NCBI GenBank assembly: GCA_964488475.1
Contig: CAZAUK010000016.1
Coordinates: 73-64,072 of the forward strand
Direction of reading: 5' to 3'
From: an uncultured bacterium
GTDB taxonomy: Bacteria; Krumholzibacteriota; Krumholzibacteriia; Krumholzibacteriales; WJIX01
DNA: 64,000 nt
Part shown: piece after piece, positions 1 through 8,450 of the stretch
How positions within the stretch are numbered: the stretch's first letter is position 1
Layout: the number at the start of each line of letters is the position of its first letter
Notes under the pieces: generated by a model
The model's input: only the letters and a program-made list of their open reading frames with translations
Database searches by the model: none
Told to the model about the DNA's origin: nothing
Program-made: the position numbers and the translations under genes

Positions 1-107
1 TTAGGTAACAATTATAATTTGAATATAAAAAGCAGAATGACTGGTGAGTAACTCTGTTGGAATTGAAATACTTGAAGATAAAGTCCCGTTGTGACAGAAT
101 AAGAATA

Positions 108-121
108 ATAACGGCCGTTAT
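108..121. repeat. Perfect 14-bp palindrome ATAACGGCCGTTAT, possible operator
   Basis: Self-complementary sequence read directly in the AT-rich region 70 nt upstream of the CDS at 191; function not shown. Confidence 0.25.
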
Positions 122-190
122 GAGAGTTATGTTAAAGTTATACTGGAATCTAAGGCTGTATTATTTCCTTTTTATCTCTAGGAGAAACGC

Positions 191-1891
191 ATGTTGAGGA
201 GTTTGCTGATAGCCGTAACGATTAGTTTTTTCGCTATGGGTTGTGAAGGGGAGGATACCGGAACATCCCCAGCCGACCTGGTTATAAAGAACGCGAAGAT
301 AGTTACTATCGACAAAGATAATCCCAGAGCTGAGGCGATCGCAGTCATTGGAGACAGGATTGCGGCGGTGGGTTCTGGCAGCCTTGTAGAAAAATATATC
401 GATAAGGATAGAACCAACGTGATAGATGCTGGAGGACGACTGGTAGTTCCGGGATTCAATGACGCCCACGTTCACTTCAGAAAGATCGACCCGGATTTTA
501 TCGACCTCAGGTACGTCAGCGACCCGGCTGTCATAACCGATAGGGTTTCGAAAAAGGTCGCCGAAGCCTCTCCCGGAGAACTGGTGAGAGGTGGAAGATG
601 GGACCATGAGTTGTTTCCCGGTGCAAAATGGCCTACCAAGGAGTTGATCGACGATGTATCTCCTGATAACCCGGTCTTGTTAAGCAGAGCTGACGGGCAT
701 TCGGTGCTGGTGAACAGCTACCTCATCACAGAATCAGGGATAACAGCAGATACGCCTGATCCACCGGGTGGCGAGATAGTCAGGGATCCGGTTACCGGAG
801 AACCGACGGGCATATTCAAGGAGACGGCAAAGGAGCTTCTGAAATATGACCGGGAAGAAGCGGGGTATCTTTCAAAAGATAAGCCCAGTGAGGATATGGA
901 GGGTTGGCAGGCGGCTCTTGAAATGGCTGCCCGACTGGGAGTCACCAGCATTCAGCATCCTGGAGACGGGGGTTTTGATATTTATAGGCGGCTTATGAAT
1001 ATGGGAAAACTTACCCTGCGGGTGGATGTTTCCGCGGATCTAACAGATGACCCCGATACTCTGGCTATGTACGACAGCCTCCGGTCGGAGTATCCGCGCG
1101 ACGGAAACTGGATCCGTTTTGGAATCCTAAAGGATTTTATGGACGGCACTCTCGGCTCCGCCACAGCGATGTTCTTTGAGCCCTACGAAAACGATTCGGA
1201 TAACACGGGACTTCCTCAAATGAGCTATCAAGAGATCGAGCAACGAGTCATCGCTGCGGACAGGATGGGATTTCAGATAGGAATCCATGCCATAGGATCC
1301 AGGGCCAACCACTGGATACTCAACGCTTATGAGAAGGCCGAAGAAGTCAACGGGGCAAGGGACAGCCGGCACCGCAGCGAACATGCCCAGATTCTGGTCG
1401 ACCAGGATATTCTGCGGTTCTCGCAGCTGGGTGTAGTAGCTTCAATGCAGCCGACCCACTGCATAACCGACAAGCGCTTCTGCGAGAAGAGGATAGGCCG
1501 GGAAAGAAGCAAAGGGGCCTATGCCTGGAGGCGCCTTCTGGACGCGGGAACGAAAATAGCCTTTGGCACGGACTATCCGGTTGAGCCTCTAGATCCTCTG
1601 GAAGGTCTCTACGCATCGGTTACCAGAAAGGCCCGGGGGGGCGAGGAGGGTGAGGGGTGGTTTCCGAGCCAGAAGCTTTCCATGGAGAAGGCGATAGAGC
1701 TCTACACATTGGGTTCCGCATACGCGCAGTTCATGGAAGACCGCAAGGGAATGCTGAGGAAGGGGTATCTTGCCGACATGGTTGTTTTCAGAGACGATCT
1801 TCTATCTATCCCCGCCGAAAATATAATGAAGGCTAAAGTGGATTACACCATCGTCGCGGGGAGAGTGATCTATAATAGATTGGGAGATTGA
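191..1891 (+). CDS. Amidohydrolase, YtcJ-like (Amidohydro_3), probable lipoprotein
   Basis: 566 aa; metal-binding DAHVH, HAIG, RxEHAQ and GTDYP motifs; lipobox-like FAMGC; GGAG RBS before ATG. Confidence 0.9.
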   Translation: MLRSLLIAVTISFFAMGCEGEDTGTSPADLVIKNAKIVTIDKDNPRAEAIAVIGDRIAAVGSGSLVEKYIDKDRTNVIDAGGRLVVPGFNDAHVHFRKIDPDFIDLRYVSDPAVITDRVSKKVAEASPGELVRGGRWDHELFPGAKWPTKELIDDVSPDNPVLLSRADGHSVLVNSYLITESGITADTPDPPGGEIVRDPVTGEPTGIFKETAKELLKYDREEAGYLSKDKPSEDMEGWQAALEMAARLGVTSIQHPGDGGFDIYRRLMNMGKLTLRVDVSADLTDDPDTLAMYDSLRSEYPRDGNWIRFGILKDFMDGTLGSATAMFFEPYENDSDNTGLPQMSYQEIEQRVIAADRMGFQIGIHAIGSRANHWILNAYEKAEEVNGARDSRHRSEHAQILVDQDILRFSQLGVVASMQPTHCITDKRFCEKRIGRERSKGAYAWRRLLDAGTKIAFGTDYPVEPLDPLEGLYASVTRKARGGEEGEGWFPSQKLSMEKAIELYTLGSAYAQFMEDRKGMLRKGYLADMVVFRDDLLSIPAENIMKAKVDYTIVAGRVIYNRLGD

Positions 1892-1932
1892 GTTTGAGCG
1901 CCCGGGGCGCCCGTTGAAGGAAGCTTCTCACC

Positions 1933-1955
1933 GAAGATTCTTATATTGAATCTTC
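1933..1955. promoter_or_regulatory. Inverted repeat GAAGATTC-N7-GAATCTTC upstream of the NHEJ cluster, candidate operator
   Basis: 8-bp perfect arms with an AT-rich 7-nt spacer, about 125 nt upstream of the probable PE start. Confidence 0.3.
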
Positions 1956-2080
1956 AGCTTCGATGCCCGGGCGGGCTGTTCCAGGGCATTCACTGTAATA
2001 ACCGGAGGATTGAGATTTCAATTTGCGGGCAGTCGGTACGAAAACGGTTATCTTACAAATCCGGAGGGCGACGATCAAAA

Positions 2081-2683
2081 ATGGCTAAAAAAGATTCACT
2101 TAAAGAATACCGTAGAAAGAGGGATTTTAGAAAAACTCCCGAAGCACGAGGGGGAAGAGAAAAAAAAGAATCCGGTGAACCTTTATTCGTTATTCAGAAG
2201 CATGACGCCAGCAGGTTGCATTACGATTTCCGGCTGGAGGTCGATGGAGTCCTCAAATCATGGGCCGTCCCCAAGGGGCCGTCTATGGATCCGAGGGAAA
2301 AACGGCTGGCCGTTCCAACCGAGGACCATCCTCTGGAATATGTGGATTTTGAGGGAGTTATACCGGAGGGCCAATATGGGGCCGGCACTGTAATGGTTTG
2401 GGACACAGGCACCTACCACAATATCCGAAAGGAAAAGGGCAAAGAGGTCTCAATGGAATATTCGCTCAAGGACGGCAAGGTGGTAATAAGCCTTAAAGGG
2501 AAAAAGCTCAAAGGAGGTTATGCCCTGGTTCGAACCGGAAAGGGAAAGGGCAACAGGTGGCTTTTAATCAAGAAGAAAGATGATCAAGCGGATGCCCGGC
2601 GTAATCCGGTGAGCTCTGAACCGAAATCGGCAATGACCGGCCGTACCCTCAAGCAGATAGAAAAAGTGGAAAAGGGGGGTTAA
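2081..2683 (+). CDS. ligD: DNA ligase D 3'-phosphoesterase (PE) domain, stand-alone
   Basis: FVIQKHDASRLHYDFRLE, SWAVPKGPS, TEDHPLEY and GAGTVMVWDTG motifs; start moved to ATG 2081 (MAKKDSLKEY) behind GGAGGG, in frame with ORF 1946..2683. Confidence 0.9.
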   Translation: MAKKDSLKEYRRKRDFRKTPEARGGREKKESGEPLFVIQKHDASRLHYDFRLEVDGVLKSWAVPKGPSMDPREKRLAVPTEDHPLEYVDFEGVIPEGQYGAGTVMVWDTGTYHNIRKEKGKEVSMEYSLKDGKVVISLKGKKLKGGYALVRTGKGKGNRWLLIKKKDDQADARRNPVSSEPKSAMTGRTLKQIEKVEKGG

Positions 2684-2696
2684 AAGCCGGCAAGTT

Positions 2697-3704
2697 ATGA
2701 ATAAAGCGCTCAATAATCTCGCGGAAGAGGAAAAAAAGAAGTTAAAGAAAACGGGTCATACTGGATGGACCGATCCTATGCTCGCGAAACTAACCAAGGA
2801 TTATTTCTCCAGCGATGATTGGATTTTCGAGAGGAAACTGGACGGGGAGCGCTGTCTTGCCTCTAAGAAGGGCGAAAAGGTGAATCTAAAGTCCAGGAAC
2901 AAGAAGGAACTTAACGATACCTACCCGGAAATCCTCAATCATTTGAAAAAACAGAAGGCAAAGTCATTCCTTATAGACGGTGAAATAGTGGCGTTCAAGG
3001 GAAAGCTCACCAGCTTCTCGAAACTGCAGAACAGAATGCGGATAAATGACGCCCGGAAAGATTTAAAGAGCGGGGTCGGCGTCTATTACTACGTTTTTGA
3101 TATAATAAATCTGGAAGGGTGGGATCTTTCCGCTTTGAGTTTGAGAAGCCGCAAGTCGATCCTGAAAAAAACCATAAAATTCTCCGACCCGATTCGTTTC
3201 ACTACCCACAGGAACGGATCCGGAAAGTCATTTCACCAAAATGCCTGTAAGAAAGGCTGGGAAGGGATCATAGCCAAAAAGGCTTCCAGCGCTTATGTTC
3301 ATTCTCGTTCCAGCAACTGGCTTAAATTCAAATGTGTTAAACGGCAGGAGTTCGTTATTTGCGGGTTTACCGACCCTGAGGGAGAGAGAAAAAGTTTCGG
3401 GGCTCTTCTTCTGGGCTACTACAGTAAAGACAGCCTGGTATACGCCGGAAAGGTGGGAACCGGTTTTGATGAGGAGACCCTGGAGGACTTAGGCGAAAAG
3501 TTATCCAGTCTGAAAACGGATGATTCTCCTTTTGAGGATCGGAAGGGCGGGGAAGGCGATAATATGCACTTGGTAAAGCCGAAGCTGGTGTGTGAGGTAG
3601 GGTTCACCGAGTGGACAGGGGATGGCAAGCTGAGGCATCCCAGATACTATGGTTTGAGACGAGACAAGGGCCCGAAAAAGGTGGTCAGGGAAGATACGGG
3701 TTGA
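2697..3704 (+). CDS. ligD: NHEJ ATP-dependent DNA ligase (LigD ligase plus OB domain), stand-alone
   Basis: Adenylation motif ERKLDGER, DGEIV, YYVFDI, EGIIAK, WLKFK; OB-domain GKVGTGF and LRHPRY. Confidence 0.92.
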   Translation: MNKALNNLAEEEKKKLKKTGHTGWTDPMLAKLTKDYFSSDDWIFERKLDGERCLASKKGEKVNLKSRNKKELNDTYPEILNHLKKQKAKSFLIDGEIVAFKGKLTSFSKLQNRMRINDARKDLKSGVGVYYYVFDIINLEGWDLSALSLRSRKSILKKTIKFSDPIRFTTHRNGSGKSFHQNACKKGWEGIIAKKASSAYVHSRSSNWLKFKCVKRQEFVICGFTDPEGERKSFGALLLGYYSKDSLVYAGKVGTGFDEETLEDLGEKLSSLKTDDSPFEDRKGGEGDNMHLVKPKLVCEVGFTEWTGDGKLRHPRYYGLRRDKGPKKVVREDTG

Positions 3705-3755
3705 GTGCGGGCCGAATAGCAAGAGCGATTCCGGATATTTAATCAACTTAGAAAT

Positions 3756-3774
3756 CCACCTTCTTAGAAGGTGG
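3756..3774. repeat. Inverted repeat CCACCTTCT-T-AGAAGGTGG between the ligase and polymerase genes
   Basis: 9-bp perfect arms read directly; no U-tract, so terminator function is not supported. Confidence 0.4.
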
Positions 3775-3835
3775 TCGTTGACTTTTCGACTTCGAAGAGC
3801 GGGAAATCGAAAGAAAGGATAAAAGACGGTACCTA

Positions 3836-4738
3836 ATGACGAAAATGAGATTTGGAAATTACACTGTTGAGACATCCAGAGAGGACAAGGTCTTTTTTCC
3901 GGATAATGGCATAACCAAGGGTGACCTGATAAATTACTACCGCGAAGTATCCGGTTTCATGCTTTCCCACATCAGGGGAAGACCATTATCTCTTCAAAGA
4001 TATCCGGATGGAATTGAGAAGGAGGGTTTTTACCAGAAGGAAGCGTCAGCCTATTTTCCGGACTGGATCGAGCGGGTTAGTCTGGAAAAGCGGGAAGAAG
4101 GAGGGAAAGTGAAGCAGGTTACATGCGAGAACGCCGCAACCCTGGTATATCTGGCCGATCAGGGATGTGTAACCTTTCACCCGTGGCTGAGCAGGAAGGA
4201 CAGGCCGGATTATCCCGACAGGATGGTTTTCGATCTTGACCCTCCCGGTGAAGGATTCCAAACCGTAATTTTCGCGGCAAGGGCTCTTCGCAAGCTGCTG
4301 CTGGAAGAGCTTAAGATCAATTCCTACGTCATGACCACAGGCAAGAGGGGGCTTCATGTTACTGTTCCGCTGGACAGAAAGTGTAACTTCGATTCAGTCC
4401 GTTCTTTCGCTGGCAGGATAGCGGAGATTCTGGCGGAAAGGCATCCAGAGCGGCTTACTACAGAAACACGCAAAAGCAAAAGAAGAAAGCGGCTTTTTCT
4501 TGATGTGGCAAGAAACGCCTACGGCCAGACCGCGGTTTCCCCTTATTCGGTAAGACCCCGGCCTGAGGCACCGGTGGCCACGCCGCTCGATTGGAAGGAG
4601 TTGGAGAGGCCGGATATCAACCCTGGAAAATACAATATCGGAAACTTGTTCCGCCGTCTGGGGCAGAAGGGGGATCCCTGGAAGGGCATAGGGAGGAGCG
4701 CGATATCCATAAGCGGGGCCATGGCGAGATTGAAGTGA
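3836..4738 (+). CDS. ligD: NHEJ primase-polymerase (LigD POL domain, AEP superfamily), stand-alone
   Basis: TKGDLINYY, LQRYPDGI, FYQK, MVFDLDP, TTGKRGLHV, QTAVSPYSVR and PVATPLDW motifs. Confidence 0.92.
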   Translation: MTKMRFGNYTVETSREDKVFFPDNGITKGDLINYYREVSGFMLSHIRGRPLSLQRYPDGIEKEGFYQKEASAYFPDWIERVSLEKREEGGKVKQVTCENAATLVYLADQGCVTFHPWLSRKDRPDYPDRMVFDLDPPGEGFQTVIFAARALRKLLLEELKINSYVMTTGKRGLHVTVPLDRKCNFDSVRSFAGRIAEILAERHPERLTTETRKSKRRKRLFLDVARNAYGQTAVSPYSVRPRPEAPVATPLDWKELERPDINPGKYNIGNLFRRLGQKGDPWKGIGRSAISISGAMARLK

Positions 4739-4970
4739 ACGCTCCTTTTGCAGGTTTTACAGATTCTTTGTTAGTGAACGCGTTTAACCCGTACAGATCT
4801 TTCCGGGTGGAAGATGATAACCGGCAGGAATGTCGGTTACGCGGACTTCAGTCGGTTCCGCTTTAAGCTCCGCTCTCACCCTTACGTTTCTGACTTTTCT
4901 TCGATAGAAGAAGACCACAGATGATAAAGGCTGTTACAATCAATTGGACTCTTCACTCTGAATCCCGTCT

Positions 4971-5369
4971 CTAGAGGAAATGGATTATAGAGTCTGTTTC
5001 CATATCGAGGCGGTTGAGTCCGCCCGCGTCGGTGCCCAGCTGATTCCGATTCAGAGGATTCTGGAAGGACTCTCGTGGATTATCCTTATAAAATTGCCGC
5101 CCAGGCTGTTGGGGTTGCCGGGTTCTGATTTGAGCACTCTAAAGGAATACCCGTTATATCTGTTAAGGCCGTATTCGGTGACTATCCAGGGGAATCCCCT
5201 GGAATCCTGGCAGAGAGCCCGCACGGAACTCCGGGACAGGCCTTCCTCGAGCCAGATTATTTCGAAACTGTATTCTCGCTTCTTTCCTCTCGCCGGTGAG
5301 ATTCGAACCAAAAGTGGCTGATGATATGATCACAAAGAGGGCAAGGAATAAAATAACCCATTTTTTCAT
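4971..5369 (-). pseudogene. Decayed N-terminal remnant of a two-component regulator beta-propeller (Reg_prop) sensor
   Basis: Signal peptide MKKWVILFLALF (ATG 5369); +1 frameshift near 5264-5267 into EEGLSRSSVRALCQDSRGFPWIVTEYGLNRYNG; TGA at 5051-5053 in place of the W of LWIG; second shift into GTDAGGLNRLD; TAG at 4971-4973. Confidence 0.8.
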
Positions 5370-5529
5370 TTTAATCACCTTGCCATTTGAACTGTCCTGC
5401 CCCACAATTCAATGAATACGAGAGAAGAGAGTGTATCCGGTTCCGGAACAAAAATCTCTTTATCTTACTATCGTTGTTTTTTTATCCGGATATGTAAGAA
5501 TGCAATGCCGAGCCCAGGGGAGGTTTATT

Positions 5530-6273
5530 ATGAGACGCACGATTGCGGCGGCCGCAGCGGTTTTTCTTGCTGCCGCCGTTTTTTCGCCGGCTTCCGGCCT
5601 TCAGCCGAAGCTTCAAGCTCAGGAAAGGGATACTGGTTCAAGTATCGCGCTGCCAGACCCTGTCCTCGAAAGTTCCGTATCTGTGGAAGAAGCGATTGAT
5701 AACAGGCGCTCTGCTAGGAGCTACCTTCCGGAAGGACTTTCAATGGAAGATGTGGGGCAGATTCTCTGGGCCGTCCAGGGCATGACAGAAAGGCTGGAAA
5801 AGGATCAGTTTTTTCGCTCGGGCGGAAGGTTAATAACAGGCCTCAGGGCGGTCCCCTCAGCGGGAGCGCTGTATCCGCTCGAGGTATACCTGGCGGCGGA
5901 GAAAGTGTTCGGACTTGACGCGGGTTTATACCGTTATCTTCCACAGGATCATTCACTGGCCGGGGTGAGGGAGGGGGAGACTCTTGGAGATCTATCTGCA
6001 GCGGCGCTGAACCAACCCTGGGTGAAAAAGTGCCCGGCGGCTGTTATAATAACCGCGGTTTTGAGCCGGACGGCGGTAAAGTACGGAGAGAGGGCCGCCA
6101 GATACGTCCATATTGAGGCGGGCGCGGCCGCTGAAAATATTCATCTTCAGGCTGAATCGCTGGGGCTGGGCACGGTCATAGTGGGCGCTTTTGATGATAG
6201 CGCAGTCAGCGGAGTCATGGGACTTACGGAAGGAGAAACTCCATTGATAATAATGCCCCTGGGCAAAAAATGA
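5530..6273 (+). CDS. SagB/ThcOx-family nitroreductase-like FMN dehydrogenase with N-terminal signal peptide
   Basis: [34 protein letters not shown] and [10 protein letters not shown] motifs; start set at ATG 5530 ([10 protein letters not shown]) behind GGGGAGG. Confidence 0.85.
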   Translation: MRRTIAAAAAVFLAAAVFSPASGLQPKLQAQERDTGSSIALPDPVLESSVSVEEAIDNRRSARSYLPEGLSMEDVGQILWAVQGMTERLEKDQFFRSGGRLITGLRAVPSAGALYPLEVYLAAEKVFGLDAGLYRYLPQDHSLAGVREGETLGDLSAAALNQPWVKKCPAAVIITAVLSRTAVKYGERAARYVHIEAGAAAENIHLQAESLGLGTVIVGAFDDSAVSGVMGLTEGETPLIIMPLGKK

Positions 6274-6355
6274 CCCGTGCCCTACCGGCAATCATGGACA
6301 GGTGCTCACCGGTGAAGAAACTCAGGTCTTCCATGGGCAGATCGATTCCCAGAGA

Positions 6356-6856
6356 TCACCAGCTCTCACGATGGTCCCTGGACTCTTCGTACTGGGTCCT
6401 GGGTTCCTTGGTCTCGGCCGGGTGGCCCAGCGCTATCAGGCTCAGAATTCCGATTTCCTGAGGGATTCCCAGAACTTCCCTTATCGCCGCGACCCTTTCC
6501 TCCCTTGGGTGGCATCCCAGCCAGCATGTCCCCAACCCCAGCCCTGCCGCCGCCACCAGGATATTTTCGGTCACCGCGCTGCAGTCCTGGACCCAGTAAT
6601 CCGGCGATATGCCTGTATCTCCGCAAACAGCGATGGCCGCGGTGGCTTCAAAAAGCATCTTTCCGTAAGGGTGAGCCTCGGCCAGCCGGTCCAGCATCTT
6701 TCGCCCGGTGACCGTAACCAGGTGCCAGGGTTTGCGGTTTCTGCTTGACGGAGCTGCCATGCCGGCCTCTATTATTCTTTTGAGAGTTTTCTCTTCCACC
6801 GGCTTGCCGGCGTATTTTCTAATGCTTCGTCTTGCGAAAATAATATCAATCGACAA
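6356..6856 (-). CDS. Nitroreductase family protein
   Basis: RRSIRKY, APSSRNRKPWH, DCSAVTENILVAAAGLGLGTCWLG; probable TTG start at 6856 behind GGAGG (ORF track starts at 6913). Confidence 0.88.
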   Translation of the reverse strand: MSIDIIFARRSIRKYAGKPVEEKTLKRIIEAGMAAPSSRNRKPWHLVTVTGRKMLDRLAEAHPYGKMLFEATAAIAVCGDTGISPDYWVQDCSAVTENILVAAAGLGLGTCWLGCHPREERVAAIREVLGIPQEIGILSLIALGHPAETKEPRTQYEESRDHRESW

Positions 6857-6909
6857 CTTTTCGACCTCCTTTTTCCCAGACAATGATCTGCGGTCAGCCG
6901 CAGTTTGAT

Positions 6910-7725
6910 TCAACCTTCTATCCGGCGCTGCCTGGAAGCTTCATACAGCATTACCGCTCCAGCTACCGAGACATTGAGCGAATCGGCCCATCCCCGCATA
7001 GGAATCCTGGTCATGACATCCGCCGCATCGAACCACTCGCCCCCCAGCCCAGAATCTTCGCTTCCTACCACTACCGCGGCGGGAAGGGTATAATCGATAT
7101 CGGTGTAAAGTCCGGATCCCTCGGGGGAGGTCACTATGATTTTGATTCCTTTTCTGCTGAGCCATCTTATGGCTTCCGGAGCTTCAGCCAGAGCCGAGGA
7201 TACGGTAAAGACAGTTCCCAGACTGGCCCTGATCAGGTTCGGATTGAACAGATCGGTTTTGACTCCGCTGGCGATGACTCCGCTGGCCCCCGCCGCGTCG
7301 ACCGTTCTGAAGAGAGCTCCTATGTTGCCCGGTTTTTCAGCGCCGTCTATTACCAAATAGAGGGGGTTTTCCGGTACAACCATGTTTTCCAGCGACCGCT
7401 TGGGTTTTTCGGCAAGTGCGACCACTCCTCCGGTTGTGGACCGGTACGCTATTTTTTCAAAGACAGCCCTGGATATGGATACGGTTCCTCCTTCCGGCTT
7501 AACTGCCGGTTCGGAAAGAAGGTCCTGAATGCCCGGCCCCGCTATGGCCGGGCAGTAGTAGATCTCACGAAGAGAGGCGCCTGATCTCAGGGCAGCTCTT
7601 ATTTCCCTGATTCCCTCGATGGCTATCAGGCCGCTTCTTTCCCTTTCCCGTTTTTTTCTCAAATGGATGAGAAATTTTACCGATGGATTTTTGACGCTGG
7701 TTATGTGAGGGCGGCTTCTAGTCAT
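6910..7725 (-). CDS. TrmH/SpoU-family RNA 2'-O-methyltransferase
   Basis: PGNIGALFRT, VGSEDSG, RIPMRG and SLNVSVA SPOUT motifs. Confidence 0.92.
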   Translation of the reverse strand: MTRSRPHITSVKNPSVKFLIHLRKKRERERSGLIAIEGIREIRAALRSGASLREIYYCPAIAGPGIQDLLSEPAVKPEGGTVSISRAVFEKIAYRSTTGGVVALAEKPKRSLENMVVPENPLYLVIDGAEKPGNIGALFRTVDAAGASGVIASGVKTDLFNPNLIRASLGTVFTVSSALAEAPEAIRWLSRKGIKIIVTSPEGSGLYTDIDYTLPAAVVVGSEDSGLGGEWFDAADVMTRIPMRGWADSLNVSVAGAVMLYEASRQRRIEG

Positions 7726-8450
7726 TGTGGGCCCTGGGCGTCGATTTCTTCCAGAGTTTCCAGCAAAAGAGAGTCTAGTTTGCTGTAAGCTTTTTCGTTT
7801 ATGTGAAGACCGTCTTTCCGGGCGAAGCTGCTTCTGAGGTAACGGTCTTCAGGCCCCGTTCTCAAAGCGGCTTCCAGATCCATTACCGGGATACCTTCAC
7901 TGGAGGCGTACTTTAGCAGCCAGTCGTTGTATTCGATTATTCCCTGAAAGGTGCCGCCTGGCCATCTTATCTTGAACCTGAGAAGGCTGAGCAGAAATAC
8001 TCTTAAGGGAAAACTTTTTACCACGGGTACGGTAGTCGCCAGGACCACGGTAACCCCTTTTTCCCGGCACATGCCGGCCCACCGCTTTACGTACTCTTTG
8101 TACCTCGGCATATCCCCGGGAAATGAGGAAGCGCATTCCTTGATAATAATGATGTCCGGCCTGGTCTTTTCCGCGCTCAGTATCTCTCTCAGCGCATCGG
8201 TCTTATCGAAATTATAAACAGCGCGCGATTCAAATCGGTAGCCGGTGATCGGAGTTCTGCCGGGAAGGCCGGATAGATTCCAGTCCCTGCCAATGGAAGC
8301 TCCGATAAGAACGACTCTTTTAGCCTTGTTTTCGTTCTCTTTCTTCATTTCCGTATTTCCGGCCCGCACGAGTGAACAGCCCAGGATCGAAATGGCCGCC
8401 AGAATCAGCAGCTTCTTAATAATATTTTCTCTGGCCGGCCGGTTTCTCAT
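7722..8450 (-). CDS. Secreted SGNH/GDSL hydrolase family protein
   Basis: Signal peptide; block I LIGAS; catalytic DGLH near the C-terminus; 4-nt overlaps with both neighbours. Confidence 0.75.
   Translation of the reverse strand: MRNRPARENIIKKLLILAAISILGCSLVRAGNTEMKKENENKAKRVVLIGASIGRDWNLSGLPGRTPITGYRFESRAVYNFDKTDALREILSAEKTRPDIIIIKECASSFPGDMPRYKEYVKRWAGMCREKGVTVVLATTVPVVKSFPLRVFLLSLLRFKIRWPGGTFQGIIEYNDWLLKYASSEGIPVMDLEAALRTGPEDRYLRSSFARKDGLHINEKAYSKLDSLLLETLEEIDAQGPQ

Noticed and set aside
5530-6856. SagB/ThcOx gene as part of an azole-RiPP cluster
   Set aside because: No YcaO, E1-like protein or Cys/Ser-rich precursor nearby.
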